A stretch of DNA of 64,000 nt from an uncultured virus (IMG/VR IMGVR_UViG_3300020183_000055) (lineage: Duplodnaviria; Heunggongvirae; Uroviricota; Caudoviricetes): positions 1 to 64,000 of IMG/VR virus record IMGVR_UViG_3300020183_000055; one strand, 5' to 3'. Positions 47,012 to 58,107 of the stretch are shown here, one piece after another; within the stretch, counting starts at the first letter, position 1; the number at the start of each line of letters is the position of its first letter. Below the pieces are notes generated by a model. The model made no database searches, was not told the DNA's origin, and was given only the letters and a program-made list of their open reading frames with translations. The translations under genes and the position numbers were made by a program.

Positions 47012-47341
47012 TTAAAATGAAACCATATTTCCGATCGATAATCCAACCTCATCATCGGAAGTAAAATCTAAAATTGCTTCCGGTTTTTTTGGGTCCGTGA
47101 AAATCCCCGACAAAGATTGTAAAATTTGAAAATATAAATTGTAACCTTGATTCATTTTCGTGAATTGTACGTATGTACCGTAATATTTAAAATCTGGGTC
47201 CAATACTTCCAACGAGAAAATCGTATTAAAATACAAAATACAATTATCCCGGGCAGCAAAACATTGGGTTAAATCGTTCGAAGAAAAAATTAACTTTCGG
47301 GCGGTTTGTGCCGCCGTGTAACAAATAATAATTTTTTTCAC
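47012..47341 (-). CDS. Hypothetical protein
   Basis: Likely GTG start overlapping the upstream TGA (GTGA). Confidence 0.45.
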   Translation of the reverse strand: MKKIIICYTAAQTARKLIFSSNDLTQCFAARDNCILYFNTIFSLEVLDPDFKYYGTYVQFTKMNQGYNLYFQILQSLSGIFTDPKKPEAILDFTSDDEVGLSIGNMVSF

Positions 47342-47667
47342 GGAGAAAAAACAATTGTTTGTTCGAATGTACACCCCTGAGAGGAAAAATTTAATTTCAC
47401 AATCTGAGGTTCTACAATCAAAGAATTTGTTGCAGAAATCCACTCGTTCTCCATCGACTGTGCGACATTCGAATTGGGGGAATTAAAAAAAATTTTGGTG
47501 GAATAATTTTTATCATTTAGTGAAATATTGGTATTCACCGCGTTCAGAAAAATGTAAAATCCAGTAGGACCCGTATAAACCGATCCCACATGTTTTGGAT
47601 TTAAAGCAAAAGACAAGGGATTGCCGGAGGGATCAAATCCATATTGGATATCAATCAAACCCAACAT
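47338..47667 (-). CDS. Hypothetical protein
   Basis: Likely start MLGLIDIQY at 47667. Confidence 0.45.
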   Translation of the reverse strand: MLGLIDIQYGFDPSGNPLSFALNPKHVGSVYTGPTGFYIFLNAVNTNISLNDKNYSTKIFFNSPNSNVAQSMENEWISATNSLIVEPQIVKLNFSSQGCTFEQTIVFSP

Positions 47668-47680
47668 CCTTCGACAAAAA

Positions 47681-47926
47681 TTAGACAGTAGGAGGTACTG
47701 CCTCTCCAACTTTTCCCGTGTAATTATAAACCTTGAGAAGTTTGGAGTAGCACTTTTCCATCTGTTCGTCTGTTAAACAATCGACAATATCATTTAAAAC
47801 CCGCTGATCGTTGCCAGAGGCAGCAACCAGCAAATTTTTACGATGTTGTTTGAAGTCGTTTTCACCGTACATGGGCTGTCCATACTTCATTTCGTTTATC
47901 TTTGTCAGTTCTGAGAATTTTTTCAT
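47681..47926 (-). CDS. Small protein with a capsid-targeting-like leader
   Basis: Start reassigned to MKKFSELTKINE (47926), 10 nt after the upstream stop. Confidence 0.6.
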   Translation of the reverse strand: MKKFSELTKINEMKYGQPMYGENDFKQHRKNLLVAASGNDQRVLNDIVDCLTDEQMEKCYSKLLKVYNYTGKVGEAVPPTV

Positions 47927-47936
47927 GATATTTTTT

Positions 47937-50900
47937 TTATATTTTAACACATCTACAAGTGCCTCCGTAACCTGGACCAGCGGCAAAATAATAGATGTTG
48001 TTGTCGTCATGCCATCCCGCAAAAACAGCTCTATCTTGATTGTTGTTTGGATATTCCCCGTCGAAGGTCCAATGGTAATCACTCCAAAAAGGCCCGAATA
48101 TTGTACCGTTTTGGGTGATAGCTCCTGTAACCTGAGAAGAAAAATCTGTATTTCCACAGGTGAATATGTTACCTGATTGTTGCGCGGTTCCGTACCCATC
48201 AACATAATCCCATAGCCCAGCACAAGTCGACTGGGGACTAGGCCTAAAATTTTGATATCCAAACGTAGCTTGTATAAGGGGGTTGTTAGTCGTAAACGTG
48301 ACACCGGGAGCATTTGTATAAGCATATCTCTCAGCCTGAGGGATACTTGCACTACCGGTTCCGCCATTCCCGAAATAAGCAAACATGGTGTTGAAATCTG
48401 ACAGTGTAGCAACTCTCCAACCGGATGGACATATACTTTGACCGGGGGTTTGCCCAGAAGGCCCGGTAAGAGCATACCAATTGTAAAAATTCCCTTCTCT
48501 CTCTGTTCCACCAGTACCGCTCGCTGATGTGTACTGAGGGGTAATGGTGGTTATATTCCAGGATGCTGGAGCAACATATGCGATAGGTGTTCCGTTATTG
48601 TATCTAGAAGTTCTAAGATTTGATTTCATCCAACAAGCAGACCCTAGAAGAACGGTTTGGTACACATTGCCATCTATATCAGAAACAGTAGAAGTACCAC
48701 AGGTGAACACGAAAGATTGAGATGGTGTTGGGGTTGGAGTTCCAGTTGGAGTTCCAGTTGGAGTTCCAGTTGGAGTTCCAGTTGGAGTTCCAGTTGGAGT
48801 TTGGGTAGGAGTTACTGTCGGGGTTTGGGTAGGAGTCGGCGTATTAGTACTGGTTTGAGTAGGCGTAGGAGTTGGTGTGGGTGTTTCTGTAGGTGTTGAT
48901 GATTGTGGCACAAATTCGGTGCTGGTCGGGGTACATGTTGGTGTATTTGTCGGGGTTAAAGAAATTGTGGGGGTGTTAGATGGGGTTGGAGCTGGAGGTC
49001 TACAGTCTCCATTGTTTAAACAACAATTGGAACAGGTTTGACTAAAACTAACACCGGTTATTGTGGGAGGTGTCCAAGATCCATTAGCGCAGATCATCGT
49101 CGGATATCTTCGGGCATTCAAATTTATGGTTTGACCAGTTATACAATCCATGTATTGTATTCTAACATCTGTACCAGGAGTAACATCAACCTTCCAACAA
49201 TTACAAGTTCTATCAAGCGGGGTAAGAGTTGGTGTAGGCGTTACTCTTATAGGAGTTGGAGAAGGCTCAAAGCTTGATTGACAAACTGTATCCCAGTAGG
49301 GAACTCCTGCAGGAAGAAGAGTAACAGTAGTTTCCGGGACAATTCCTGCTACTGGGCCAAACTGATACTGAGTAAAATATTCGGTGACTTGAGTAGAAGG
49401 ATTTCGTGGAGGTGTGTCACGCCAAATTCTCAATAATTGGTAATTATAATCTCCTCCACTTTCCCATCTTAGCCAGATATAATCTCTAAGTTGAAATTGA
49501 CTTTGTATGGCATCTCCTTCGTCTGTAGTTTGGGGGTTAATCCAAATTTGCGGTGTCAATCTGTCAAAAACGTTCCATGATCCTCCTGAAAAAGAAGTAA
49601 TATATCCTGGATCAACGTTTGAATTTGGTTCATCCCAAGTTAAAAAATCCCATCCAGTTAAATTTCCAAGGTTTGTGGTTAATCCAGATGTTATTGTTAT
49701 TCCCGCAACATTTCTTGATGATTGTTGGGCTTCAGATGAAGACATAAAATCAACCCCAAACGTGTATTTGGTAGATACACCTCCTACTGAGTCTGACGAT
49801 ATTGATGTAACCTTGAAATTATACCAAACATCTAGACCTTGGTAATCATTTCCTGTTCCAATAAGAACCCAAATTGCATTCCCAACAGTTTGGCCTGTAC
49901 AAAAACCTCCCAAAGTTCCAGGAGTTGCTGTTGAGAATTGTATCTCAATTCGATTTGTGTTCGAACTAACTGTTGTTGGGAAAGAACCATTTACGCTGAA
50001 TCTAATTTGGAAGTCGATCATCCCTCCAGTTGCAGCCAGGGTTGAAGCAGAAATACTGTAAATGTTCGACGGGGAAACTGGATATGAGGCATAATACTCT
50101 TCATTACACGGTGAAGCATTTATGTTGAATCCCTGGGCTCCACTTCCACCTGCGGGGAAAGTGGGATTGGTATTAACTGCATTGGTGAAAGCATATTCGA
50201 ATGGGACTGGTGCTCCTCCCCCATCTGGTTGTTCCATCCGAAGCAAGGCATAGGAACAAATTGATCCTTGAGTATCTTTATCGATTACCTGAGAATACAA
50301 TGTGGTGTCTTCGTTGTTACATGACGTATAATAGACTATGAAGGGGGCAGATGCTCCCATCACTGGTCCTGTTGATGTGGTATCCCACTTATAACAATTA
50401 CAATTCAGACCACATTGTGTCGTTGCAAAGTTTGAGCATCGAAGAATATTTCCCTGCGACCAAGAAGGAGTTGCGGAATTTCCGGGATAAATATAAAGGT
50501 CACTGGAATAAACGAGATAAGAATAACAAATTTGACGTACTTGTCCCGGCTGTATATTAATATTAAAAGTTTGAACCCCGGTTCCGGAGGTATAGTAAAG
50601 TCTTCCCTGTCTTCCCTGATCTGGTCTAGTCCAAATCCACGCACATAATCTGTTATCAGCATTTTCTGGAAAATATCCAAAATTATTAGCTGGGGTTGTG
50701 CTGGTATTTTCTCCATAAGTTCCCGACGAAAAAGTTGGCTGAAAAGGAGAATAAAAAGTAACCGTGTCGGCCTCGTCTATTTCAATATTTTCGATCGTTT
50801 GCGAACAATCACATCCAACAACACTTACAGTTGCATTACTCACGTTAGAGTAAGTCCAGGCAAAACAGGTGGTTGGATTAGAACAAGTTGTTGGTGTTGG

Positions 50901-52868
50901 TGTAGGAGTTGCATAGGGAGTGGGTGTCTGTGAAACTAAAATAGGAGAAGCATAAGGAAGACCCGCGGGAGGTGTTGGAGCTGCATCTGTGGTTGCGTTT
51001 AATGCATCAACCGTGTACACAATTTGCTCGTTGGAAGTTATAGATAGAACGGATAAAGTACCGGCATTTGATAAATTCCCAGCGGTAGCCCCATCCCAGT
51101 TGGCTTCATATCTGATCGATGCACTAGTTTGTCCGGCATACAAAATCAAAGTGGATGTAATCTCGAGAGGATTTCCACTTAAAGTCATTTGGTGTTTGAA
51201 GTTTACCTCTATGTTGGCTTTCTGCGGAACAATATCCTGCAAAGTATAGGTGAAAATTATAGACCCAGAATCAACATACGAGGAAAGAACCAAATTAGAA
51301 AAACGAATTGTGTTGGCATTGAAGTTTTCCAAAACAGCTTCTGGCGTCAAAGCCCTACCATAAATTCTAGTCAAAGCGATTTTTCCATTCAAATAATTTG
51401 CAGGGTCTGCAGATGATTGGGAAGCGTCAGAACCTATATTAACTTTAGTTTCAAACAGGGAAAATTCCGTTTCATTTGGAACAACATTAACATTCTGTTG
51501 AACTCCATCTACAAAAAGTCTGAGAGTGAATCCATCAAATGTTCCAACCACATGATACCACCTTCCAGTTTCGGGAGTAAAATTGGACGCGGAGGTATAC
51601 CACACATTTTCCACTCTTATACCTACATCTAACGTTCCAGTATGTTCACCAGGGTGATTTACACAAGTTCCCAGCTGGAAAGGCACATCATCACCAAGTT
51701 CCCATGATGTTATTAATGAAGTATTCTTTCCTTGCAAATCGGTTTCCAGATAAAACCAAGATTCCAAACTCCATCCCTCAGTAGATTCAATTGTGGAATT
51801 TAAAAAGGCTTTTTGATTAGATGAATCAGTGAATCTAAATTGCCCTCCATTTTCAGAAGACCAAGATGGAGAATTAACTAAACTTGCCGAAGGAATCCCC
51901 TGTTGGTCAGCAACCAAATTAAACCAGGTTGAACCGGCTTGGGGATAAGAAGAGTAATTGGCAGCATCCAATGAAACAATTAAATTTTCTTGTTGTGCTG
52001 GATTATATGTGGACCACAAATTGTTGGAATTCATGTACAGAACGGCTGCGTCACCATTGTCTCCGAAAACTTGACCGGTTGATCTCTCGAGCAGGGATAT
52101 GAATTCAGAATAAGTGGATGCCTGGTTGAATCCAACCCCCGCTAACACAGATAAGCCAAATGTTGGTGCTGCAATTCTAATTGTGAAATCGCATTCGTCG
52201 AATGCAGGCAAGGAAATCGAAATTTCCCCTCTGATTGCATTTGTTGAAACTCCGGTGAGCTGCCTAATAACATAATATTCTACAGGTTGTTGTAGGTTTG
52301 AATTTGAAACTTTGTTCGCAAGTGATTGGGAGGATGGTCCTTCTGTAGCATTGCTCATCTCTTGGAGCTCAACAAAAACACTATTATTCAAAGGAAGAGT
52401 TCCGGATTGCAAAGATAAAGTGGCCGTAAGGGTCCATTTCTGTCCAGAAGAAGCAGAAACCGGAGAAGGATTGGTGGCAAGAACAATTTTTGCCTGCCCA
52501 TCTCCAGCCGAAGATCCCGTAATTCGCACGTCATAATAAATAAATCCATCCGCAGTCTGACCTGGACCCGTAATCTCTCCTGTTATTCCCTCGGGATAAG
52601 TAGTATTGTCTGTATCGATAGACCAACCTTTAGGATTTATTTTAGGGCCCAACACCACAATGGTAGGCTGAGTTTCTGAAGGAACAGGGTTGGCTAATAT
52701 CCAACCTAATTCCTCGTCCGGCCCGTTCCACCATTTCAAACCACCTGGGGATTGATAAGTGTATGCGTCTGCCGTACCACCAACGGACAAAGTTCCTATT
52801 TGTAAAGTTCCTGGAATCCTATTTCCTGTTCCACCGGCATTATAGGCAAATGGTCTCGATGTTGACAT
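47937..52868 (-). CDS. Large multidomain virion/receptor-binding protein: LamG-like domain, Cys-rich modules, Pro/Thr linkers and a C-terminal FISUMP (Fib_succ_major)-like domain
   Basis: [10 protein letters not shown]...LFVDG...TRIYGRALT (LamG); TPTPT repeats; VSDIDGNVY...WMKSNL...YNWYA...ICPSGWRV...CRCVK; GATATATA at 52884-52891. Confidence 0.8.
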   Translation of the reverse strand: MSTSRPFAYNAGGTGNRIPGTLQIGTLSVGGTADAYTYQSPGGLKWWNGPDEELGWILANPVPSETQPTIVVLGPKINPKGWSIDTDNTTYPEGITGEITGPGQTADGFIYYDVRITGSSAGDGQAKIVLATNPSPVSASSGQKWTLTATLSLQSGTLPLNNSVFVELQEMSNATEGPSSQSLANKVSNSNLQQPVEYYVIRQLTGVSTNAIRGEISISLPAFDECDFTIRIAAPTFGLSVLAGVGFNQASTYSEFISLLERSTGQVFGDNGDAAVLYMNSNNLWSTYNPAQQENLIVSLDAANYSSYPQAGSTWFNLVADQQGIPSASLVNSPSWSSENGGQFRFTDSSNQKAFLNSTIESTEGWSLESWFYLETDLQGKNTSLITSWELGDDVPFQLGTCVNHPGEHTGTLDVGIRVENVWYTSASNFTPETGRWYHVVGTFDGFTLRLFVDGVQQNVNVVPNETEFSLFETKVNIGSDASQSSADPANYLNGKIALTRIYGRALTPEAVLENFNANTIRFSNLVLSSYVDSGSIIFTYTLQDIVPQKANIEVNFKHQMTLSGNPLEITSTLILYAGQTSASIRYEANWDGATAGNLSNAGTLSVLSITSNEQIVYTVDALNATTDAAPTPPAGLPYASPILVSQTPTPYATPTPTPTTCSNPTTCFAWTYSNVSNATVSVVGCDCSQTIENIEIDEADTVTFYSPFQPTFSSGTYGENTSTTPANNFGYFPENADNRLCAWIWTRPDQGRQGRLYYTSGTGVQTFNINIQPGQVRQICYSYLVYSSDLYIYPGNSATPSWSQGNILRCSNFATTQCGLNCNCYKWDTTSTGPVMGASAPFIVYYTSCNNEDTTLYSQVIDKDTQGSICSYALLRMEQPDGGGAPVPFEYAFTNAVNTNPTFPAGGSGAQGFNINASPCNEEYYASYPVSPSNIYSISASTLAATGGMIDFQIRFSVNGSFPTTVSSNTNRIEIQFSTATPGTLGGFCTGQTVGNAIWVLIGTGNDYQGLDVWYNFKVTSISSDSVGGVSTKYTFGVDFMSSSEAQQSSRNVAGITITSGLTTNLGNLTGWDFLTWDEPNSNVDPGYITSFSGGSWNVFDRLTPQIWINPQTTDEGDAIQSQFQLRDYIWLRWESGGDYNYQLLRIWRDTPPRNPSTQVTEYFTQYQFGPVAGIVPETTVTLLPAGVPYWDTVCQSSFEPSPTPIRVTPTPTLTPLDRTCNCWKVDVTPGTDVRIQYMDCITGQTINLNARRYPTMICANGSWTPPTITGVSFSQTCSNCCLNNGDCRPPAPTPSNTPTISLTPTNTPTCTPTSTEFVPQSSTPTETPTPTPTPTQTSTNTPTPTQTPTVTPTQTPTGTPTGTPTGTPTGTPTGTPTPTPSQSFVFTCGTSTVSDIDGNVYQTVLLGSACWMKSNLRTSRYNNGTPIAYVAPASWNITTITPQYTSASGTGGTEREGNFYNWYALTGPSGQTPGQSICPSGWRVATLSDFNTMFAYFGNGGTGSASIPQAERYAYTNAPGVTFTTNNPLIQATFGYQNFRPSPQSTCAGLWDYVDGYGTAQQSGNIFTCGNTDFSSQVTGAITQNGTIFGPFWSDYHWTFDGEYPNNNQDRAVFAGWHDDNNIYYFAAGPGYGGTCRCVKI
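48733..48801. repeat. 12-bp tandem repeat (GTTGGAGTTCCA x5 plus a partial copy) encoding a TPTG linker
   Basis: Directly visible; encodes (TPTG)n on the minus strand. Confidence 0.9.
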
Positions 52869-52894
52869 TCGATGTTTTTTTTCTATATATCTAT

Positions 52895-53452
52895 CTAGGT
52901 TCTAGAAACCTCGTAATCAAAACTCAAATAATTACATTTAAATCCAACCGTAAAAGTGTTAACAGAAGGGGAGTTATTCGTGTAATTTAGGTTTATTGTT
53001 CCAACCCCGGTTAGAGTAACCTCTTTGAAAAGAACAGAAACAACAATTCCCCCCTCATTATTTAAAATTCTTAATGGTAAAACAGGGGTGAAAATGTTAT
53101 CATTTTGAAATGCTAATTTATCGAGAACTGTTTCCAACATGATAAAATAATTCGAAAATCCCTCACCAATTCTAAATGTGACATCAAAATCCCTAGAGAA
53201 AAGATCCTGAACGGGAGTGGCACTTTGATAATTGATTTCCTTTCCTAGATTTTTTGTTTGTGAAACTAGTCCGGCAGTCAAAGTAGGAAATCCCACCGAT
53301 TGTATGCTGCTGTTCATGTAAGAAGTGATTGTGTCGTAAGGAGTTGGTTGTTTTTTCAAATAATCTATCCATCTATTTTCCACGGAAAGTGGAAAAAAAC
53401 CCTTCGGAAAATTGAAATAAAAAGAATTGGATCTTGCGTTTAAAATTGCCAT
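52895..53452 (-). CDS. Tail tube-fold protein (T4 gp3 tail terminator / gp19-like)
   Basis: [22 protein letters not shown] and FTVGFKCNY pattern; size and context fit. Confidence 0.55.
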   Translation of the reverse strand: MAILNARSNSFYFNFPKGFFPLSVENRWIDYLKKQPTPYDTITSYMNSSIQSVGFPTLTAGLVSQTKNLGKEINYQSATPVQDLFSRDFDVTFRIGEGFSNYFIMLETVLDKLAFQNDNIFTPVLPLRILNNEGGIVVSVLFKEVTLTGVGTINLNYTNNSPSVNTFTVGFKCNYLSFDYEVSRT

Positions 53453-53471
53453 TCAATCAAAATCATTTTTA

Positions 53472-55994
53472 TCAATTTCCTCTTGGTCTATATCCACCAG
53501 AAGGTGGTCTTGTGTTTGTGCTACCTCCACCAGAAGGAAAAGTTGGACGATTTGGACTTCCCGAATCAGATCCGCTTTGATTTGCATTGCTTCCTCCTTG
53601 AGCGGCAGGACCTCCGGTGTCCAAACCGCCTTGGGTGTTTCCATATGCAGCTAATTCATCCATGAATAGCTGACCAGATACTCCGTAAGATCCAAAAAGT
53701 CCAGATACGGCATCTGTAAATATTTGTTTCGTAATTCCGGAATACAATTTAAATCCTACGGAAGAAGGATTTAGAAAATAATCGATAATTTGGGAAGATG
53801 CCCATCCAGAATCAACCTTTCCCTGAACATCGGAAGCTATAGCCGCTTTGAATGCTGCTATACCCATAATATCCAGGGCTCTTGCAGGCTGTACCCCGCC
53901 AGATGAAATACCAGAGATTCCGGTCGCTCCCGCCTGAGAACTTTGAAACTGTTGCCAATAACTTTGTATTGGTGTCAATTTACTTCCTGAGGTTTGGAAA
54001 GAAGATGGAGATGGTACGATAGGAGTAGAAGACCCTGAAGTATCAAAGGAAGAAAATAAAGCAGGGATAGGCTCGTTATCCTTCAACCAATTTCCATAAT
54101 ATAGAACAGAAGAGGAAGACCCGGAAATTCTTGCTGTTCCTTGCGAGTTATCTTTTGTTGAACCTCGACCAGCCAATTGAATGTCTTGTATAGAATCAGA
54201 GGCAGAAAGGGATTTCTTGGCAAATCTTTCCTTCACAGATGACAGTTTAGAAAAAAGAGGAGTTTGACTTTCTTTACTACTTTGGGCAACCACTGGCTGG
54301 TTAGAAACATAAAATCTTCGGTTGGTGAAGGTTAAAATTTGATTTGCCAAACTTTCATCTACCTTGAATGCTAGTTCACCCTTTGCAGCATTTGCCAAAT
54401 TATTTCCAACTATTGAAGGGGCAAATAATTTATTGTTCTTGTTGTCGATGAAAACCAACTTGAAGGTTCCAGAGGAAGTGAGATCTAACAAATCCATAGT
54501 TCCGTTTGCATTTCTTTTGTAAAAAGTGAACTTGTAGAAATTATCAAACGGAGAAATACGAATGTAAGCCTGTCCTAGCCCATAGGATATTGTTTGAGTA
54601 ACCCCCCCGTCTGCCTGGTCGATTGTGAATCCTTTCACGGATAAATTGGACATAGTCAAATTCACCGTGTTATTTTCAACAAAAACATTTTGATATTTGA
54701 TAGTTTCTCTTGGAACAAGAGTGTTGGCGGGAACCGAAATTGAGGACTGATTTGCTAGTTTATTGTAAATTTTTTGGGTTTGAGGAAAAACTGAAAGTTG
54801 AAGTGGTGCAATTTCTGGTCCATATCTACCAGTATCCAAAGAAGTGAAAGAGGCATTTCTTACCAGTCGTGACTGATCAACCGAATTAACCAAGGTCATT
54901 GTGTAACTCAAGGTAAATCCTGATGCAACGGATGGGTATCTAACAATGGGTCTATACAGAAGGGGAACATCAAATGCAGTAGTTTGTATGGTTGAAAAAT
55001 TGTTGGTAACAATAAAAGATGCACCAATTTGTTCCAAAGTTTCAACTTTATGATCGATATAATATTGGTTACCGATAGAATTTTGAAAAAGAATGAAATT
55101 TTCGATGAATCCACCCGAATCAGTGGCGAAGTATTCGAAATAATCGCCGTTCCGGGCAGAACCTATGTAAGCCCCAACGTTGAAAAATGGATCCTCCGAT
55201 TCCAAAGATAAAGTTGCATATAAAGTGGATCCATATTGATCATATCCATTGACTTGTGTTGTATCATCTATTTGCCACACCGAAATTCTCATGGGTGAAC
55301 CGGTAACATAGCCCCTTCCACTTCTCGATGTTTTTCCAGCTAGTGTGTTCGGTTTATTTGGATAAGAGGCTGCTGCATATTGGTTGTTCATGTCAACCAA
55401 AGATGGAACTAAAATTTGAAAATATTTGTCGTAAATATTTGAACCTATTGTTAAAGGGTTGGGATCTAAGGTGTAATTTTGTGCTGTACCCGAGCTTATC
55501 TCAATTTGCGAGAAAGTAACATAGGATAAATCCTGATCCAAATAGGATATGGATATGATTAGACCATCTATGTTTTCCAAATTATATCCTTGCAAAATGT
55601 GATATCTCACCGTGTCGTATACAACTGAAATATTATCTGGAAAAGAAATTTCCAGGTTGGCGGTAGGTGTCAGCTTGGGATTAAAATCGTTGTAAGGAAC
55701 AATCAAATTAGGATTTAGAGGTATAAAAGAATTTTCCGAAGTTTTTACCACATTGTTCAGGGCGGTGTTTTGTGTTGTGACATAATTTTGGTTCAAATTG
55801 AAAATTTGAACTTCGTTGGTCGGTGATCCTTTGTATTCTAAAATCCCATTAATCAACTTGTTGAATCCCACTGTCGGATTTCCTCCCCCGGTGTTAACAT
55901 TGTAAGTTTGTGGATTTGGTTGAGCAGCATACATGTATTCCAACACCAGATAAGGAGTTAGCTGTATGTATTTAGAAGTTGTGGTGTATGCCAT
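53472..55994 (-). CDS. Large structural (virion) protein of unknown function
   Basis: 840 aa; S/T/N-rich with beta character; lies in the tail cluster. Confidence 0.6.
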   Translation of the reverse strand: MAYTTTSKYIQLTPYLVLEYMYAAQPNPQTYNVNTGGGNPTVGFNKLINGILEYKGSPTNEVQIFNLNQNYVTTQNTALNNVVKTSENSFIPLNPNLIVPYNDFNPKLTPTANLEISFPDNISVVYDTVRYHILQGYNLENIDGLIISISYLDQDLSYVTFSQIEISSGTAQNYTLDPNPLTIGSNIYDKYFQILVPSLVDMNNQYAAASYPNKPNTLAGKTSRSGRGYVTGSPMRISVWQIDDTTQVNGYDQYGSTLYATLSLESEDPFFNVGAYIGSARNGDYFEYFATDSGGFIENFILFQNSIGNQYYIDHKVETLEQIGASFIVTNNFSTIQTTAFDVPLLYRPIVRYPSVASGFTLSYTMTLVNSVDQSRLVRNASFTSLDTGRYGPEIAPLQLSVFPQTQKIYNKLANQSSISVPANTLVPRETIKYQNVFVENNTVNLTMSNLSVKGFTIDQADGGVTQTISYGLGQAYIRISPFDNFYKFTFYKRNANGTMDLLDLTSSGTFKLVFIDNKNNKLFAPSIVGNNLANAAKGELAFKVDESLANQILTFTNRRFYVSNQPVVAQSSKESQTPLFSKLSSVKERFAKKSLSASDSIQDIQLAGRGSTKDNSQGTARISGSSSSVLYYGNWLKDNEPIPALFSSFDTSGSSTPIVPSPSSFQTSGSKLTPIQSYWQQFQSSQAGATGISGISSGGVQPARALDIMGIAAFKAAIASDVQGKVDSGWASSQIIDYFLNPSSVGFKLYSGITKQIFTDAVSGLFGSYGVSGQLFMDELAAYGNTQGGLDTGGPAAQGGSNANQSGSDSGSPNRPTFPSGGGSTNTRPPSGGYRPRGN

Positions 55995-56003
55995 TTTGTA
56001 ATT

Positions 56004-56837
56004 TTATTTGCCGAATTGAAGAAATTTAGGGGAATAAGTGACCCCAATCACAACATTAGGACCCATTCCTACAAAACCCCCAGGTCCAGATGTCAAACCT
56101 AATCCAAGGCCAAACCCTATCCCGAAAGGTTTTCTTGAATTCCTCAAAGCCCTCTTGGATTCCCCGTCGTCTAATAAATTAATCGAATTTAATTCCGCAA
56201 AAGAAATCCCCGGGAAATCAGTAGAGGCTCTAACATAAAGTTTACCAGATTTAGGATCTCTAACCAATCCTGTTATGAGGTCAATTTTTTGATTTATTTT
56301 CAGATGTGCAGATTCTGTGTTAATTTTGGGAATTATTCTCCAGCCCAATCGAAGAGAATCCATCAAAATCTTCGAGGTGTCGTATGTAATAGAATAAGGT
56401 AAAATTCCTTCTATGGACAAATAATTTTTTCCCTTCAAAGTAGGTTTATACGAAAAATACAATTCGGGGGTTTTTTGGTTGAACCTGGATATCACCGGGA
56501 CGTAGATTGAAGAATCCCGATATTCAACAACAGTTTGGATGACCACTTTGGTTTTTTTTCTTTTTTCAACATCCAATTTTTGAATTAAATCCAAATTTTC
56601 CGATCTTAACTCTTCATAGTAAAATTCCAAAGAAAGTCTTTGTGCCAACAAAGTTTCATTTTCGGAGGAAATTATCACCACAGAATCTTGAATAGCGGCG
56701 TAATTTCTTTTGTGTCTATCTGCCTCTTCTTTGGATTCTTTTAATTCCTTTAGATTCCAAATTAATGCTAAAATAAAAATCAAAATTGTGGCGGATAAAC
56801 CAACAATTATTCGCAATTTGTAATCAATATTTTTCAT
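56004..56837 (-). CDS. Membrane-anchored coiled-coil protein with a Gly-rich beta-hairpin C-terminus (possibly lysis/spanin-like)
   Basis: N-terminal TM helix, coiled coil, and C-terminal FGIGFGLGLG...VIGVTYSP. Confidence 0.5.
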   Translation of the reverse strand: MKNIDYKLRIIVGLSATILIFILALIWNLKELKESKEEADRHKRNYAAIQDSVVIISSENETLLAQRLSLEFYYEELRSENLDLIQKLDVEKRKKTKVVIQTVVEYRDSSIYVPVISRFNQKTPELYFSYKPTLKGKNYLSIEGILPYSITYDTSKILMDSLRLGWRIIPKINTESAHLKINQKIDLITGLVRDPKSGKLYVRASTDFPGISFAELNSINLLDDGESKRALRNSRKPFGIGFGLGLGLTSGPGGFVGMGPNVVIGVTYSPKFLQFGK

Positions 56838-57060
56838 AATTGAGGGTGAGTGGGTTTAATTTTCCTGGTCCATATTTTTTTTTAAGACTCTCTACAAAAT
56901 TTTGTTCTTGAGATCTAAGATCTTCCAGATGATTAATCAACGATTCTGCTTTTTGGTTTAAACTTGACATTTGTTCTTCCGCAAGATGGATTTGGTCTTT
57001 GATTTGGCCAAATTCTTGTATTAATTTTTTTGCTTCTTGGATTTCGTTTTCGTTTAACAT
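56824..57060 (-). CDS. Small coiled-coil protein
   Basis: 78 aa ending LKKKYGPGKLNPLT. Confidence 0.6.
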   Translation of the reverse strand: MLNENEIQEAKKLIQEFGQIKDQIHLAEEQMSSLNQKAESLINHLEDLRSQEQNFVESLKKKYGPGKLNPLTLNYEKY

Positions 57061-57071
57061 GATTTGGTTTT

Positions 57072-57329
57072 TTATAAAATAAAGACAGGTACAGTGTTTA
57101 AATCTTTCGTCAAATAATAATTAATGAATCCACTTCTGGGATTATAATTTGTAAAATCTTTTTCTGAATTTCTTAAATTTTCAAGTTTGGTCAGGAGATG
57201 TTCAGCCTCCGTTTCAAGATTCTTGGTTTTACCATTCACAATAGACATGTCTTCTAACACTCTAAAGAATTTTATTTTTAGATCTTTTGTCGAGATCATT
57301 TCATCTTGGGTAACAGGCGGGGTTTGCAT
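57072..57329 (-). CDS. Small coiled-coil protein, paralogue of 56824-57060
   Basis: AEHLLTKLENLRNSEKDF vs AESLINHLEDLRSQEQNF; GAATATATA at 57350-57358. Confidence 0.55.
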   Translation of the reverse strand: MQTPPVTQDEMISTKDLKIKFFRVLEDMSIVNGKTKNLETEAEHLLTKLENLRNSEKDFTNYNPRSGFINYYLTKDLNTVPVFIL

Positions 57330-57384
57330 AAAAAAATTTAAATCCTATGTATATATTCACTCCAGAAAAAAACGAACTACGGGA

Positions 57385-58098
57385 TCAGTAATTCTGGATC
57401 TGAATAAATTCTAGTTCGGTCTGACTTAAAAAATCAGAAACTGTCAGAAAATTGATCAAAGGATTTTTTTCAGAATTTGCTATCCTTTTAATGATTTTAT
57501 CATGTAAATCAACTTCAGAAAAATCGATCATAACCAAATGCTCACCAAATAAGAGGGAAGTTTTTTGTGCAGTTCGTGGGGAATCCCTATAATCAAAAAC
57601 TTGAATCGTGTCTCCTATCTTTTTTTCCATTCTGCTTATTTTTACATATTTATGGGAATATTTTCCCTGCAGGGGCGGACTAATTCTGGGAAATTTCCAT
57701 TCAGAAGCTGGGGTGTTTTGATTATTTTCAACTAGATCGGATTTGGTTGGTAAAAGACAGGCAACATTGAGATGTGAAACAGTGATATCCACGAGAAGAC
57801 AGTGTCTATTTAGAGCCAGATTGTAAAGCTTGTGGAGATCTGAAGAAATTCGTGACCAATCCGCGATATCAAAATCACAGGCCAAACCCAAATCAAGATC
57901 CCACGTCTGAAAATTTTTCCACAGAAAATGTCCGTAAATATAGACGTTTTGATATTTAGAAAAAATTTGCTGACAATCAGGATCCAATAAAAATTCTTTG
58001 ACGGACGCGTAAGTTAGCATGGGCCAGGGCCGCGTGGTGCTTACCTCCCCTATCTGATATCTGAATTCCTTTCCTTCTTCATAGAAAAAATTTTCCAC
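57385..58098 (-). CDS. Possible Pol-beta-type nucleotidyltransferase-fold protein
   Basis: VYIYGHFL...TWDLDLGL...LLVDI. Confidence 0.4.
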   Translation of the reverse strand: MENFFYEEGKEFRYQIGEVSTTRPWPMLTYASVKEFLLDPDCQQIFSKYQNVYIYGHFLWKNFQTWDLDLGLACDFDIADWSRISSDLHKLYNLALNRHCLLVDITVSHLNVACLLPTKSDLVENNQNTPASEWKFPRISPPLQGKYSHKYVKISRMEKKIGDTIQVFDYRDSPRTAQKTSLLFGEHLVMIDFSEVDLHDKIIKRIANSEKNPLINFLTVSDFLSQTELEFIQIQNY

Positions 58099-58107
58099 AA
58101 CAAAAAA

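Noticed and set aside
47927..48511. 5' extension of the 276-aa ORF 47681-48511
   Set aside because: It overlaps the 1643-aa gene out of frame; the ATG at 47926 gives a typical leader and spacing
48657..48899. Plus-strand ORF with WSSS repeats
   Set aside because: It is the antisense shadow of the TPTG-encoding 12-bp repeat
57374..57381. GAACTACG matching the core of the 16-bp inverted repeat
   Set aside because: Only 8 nt with no partner arm found; compatible with chance
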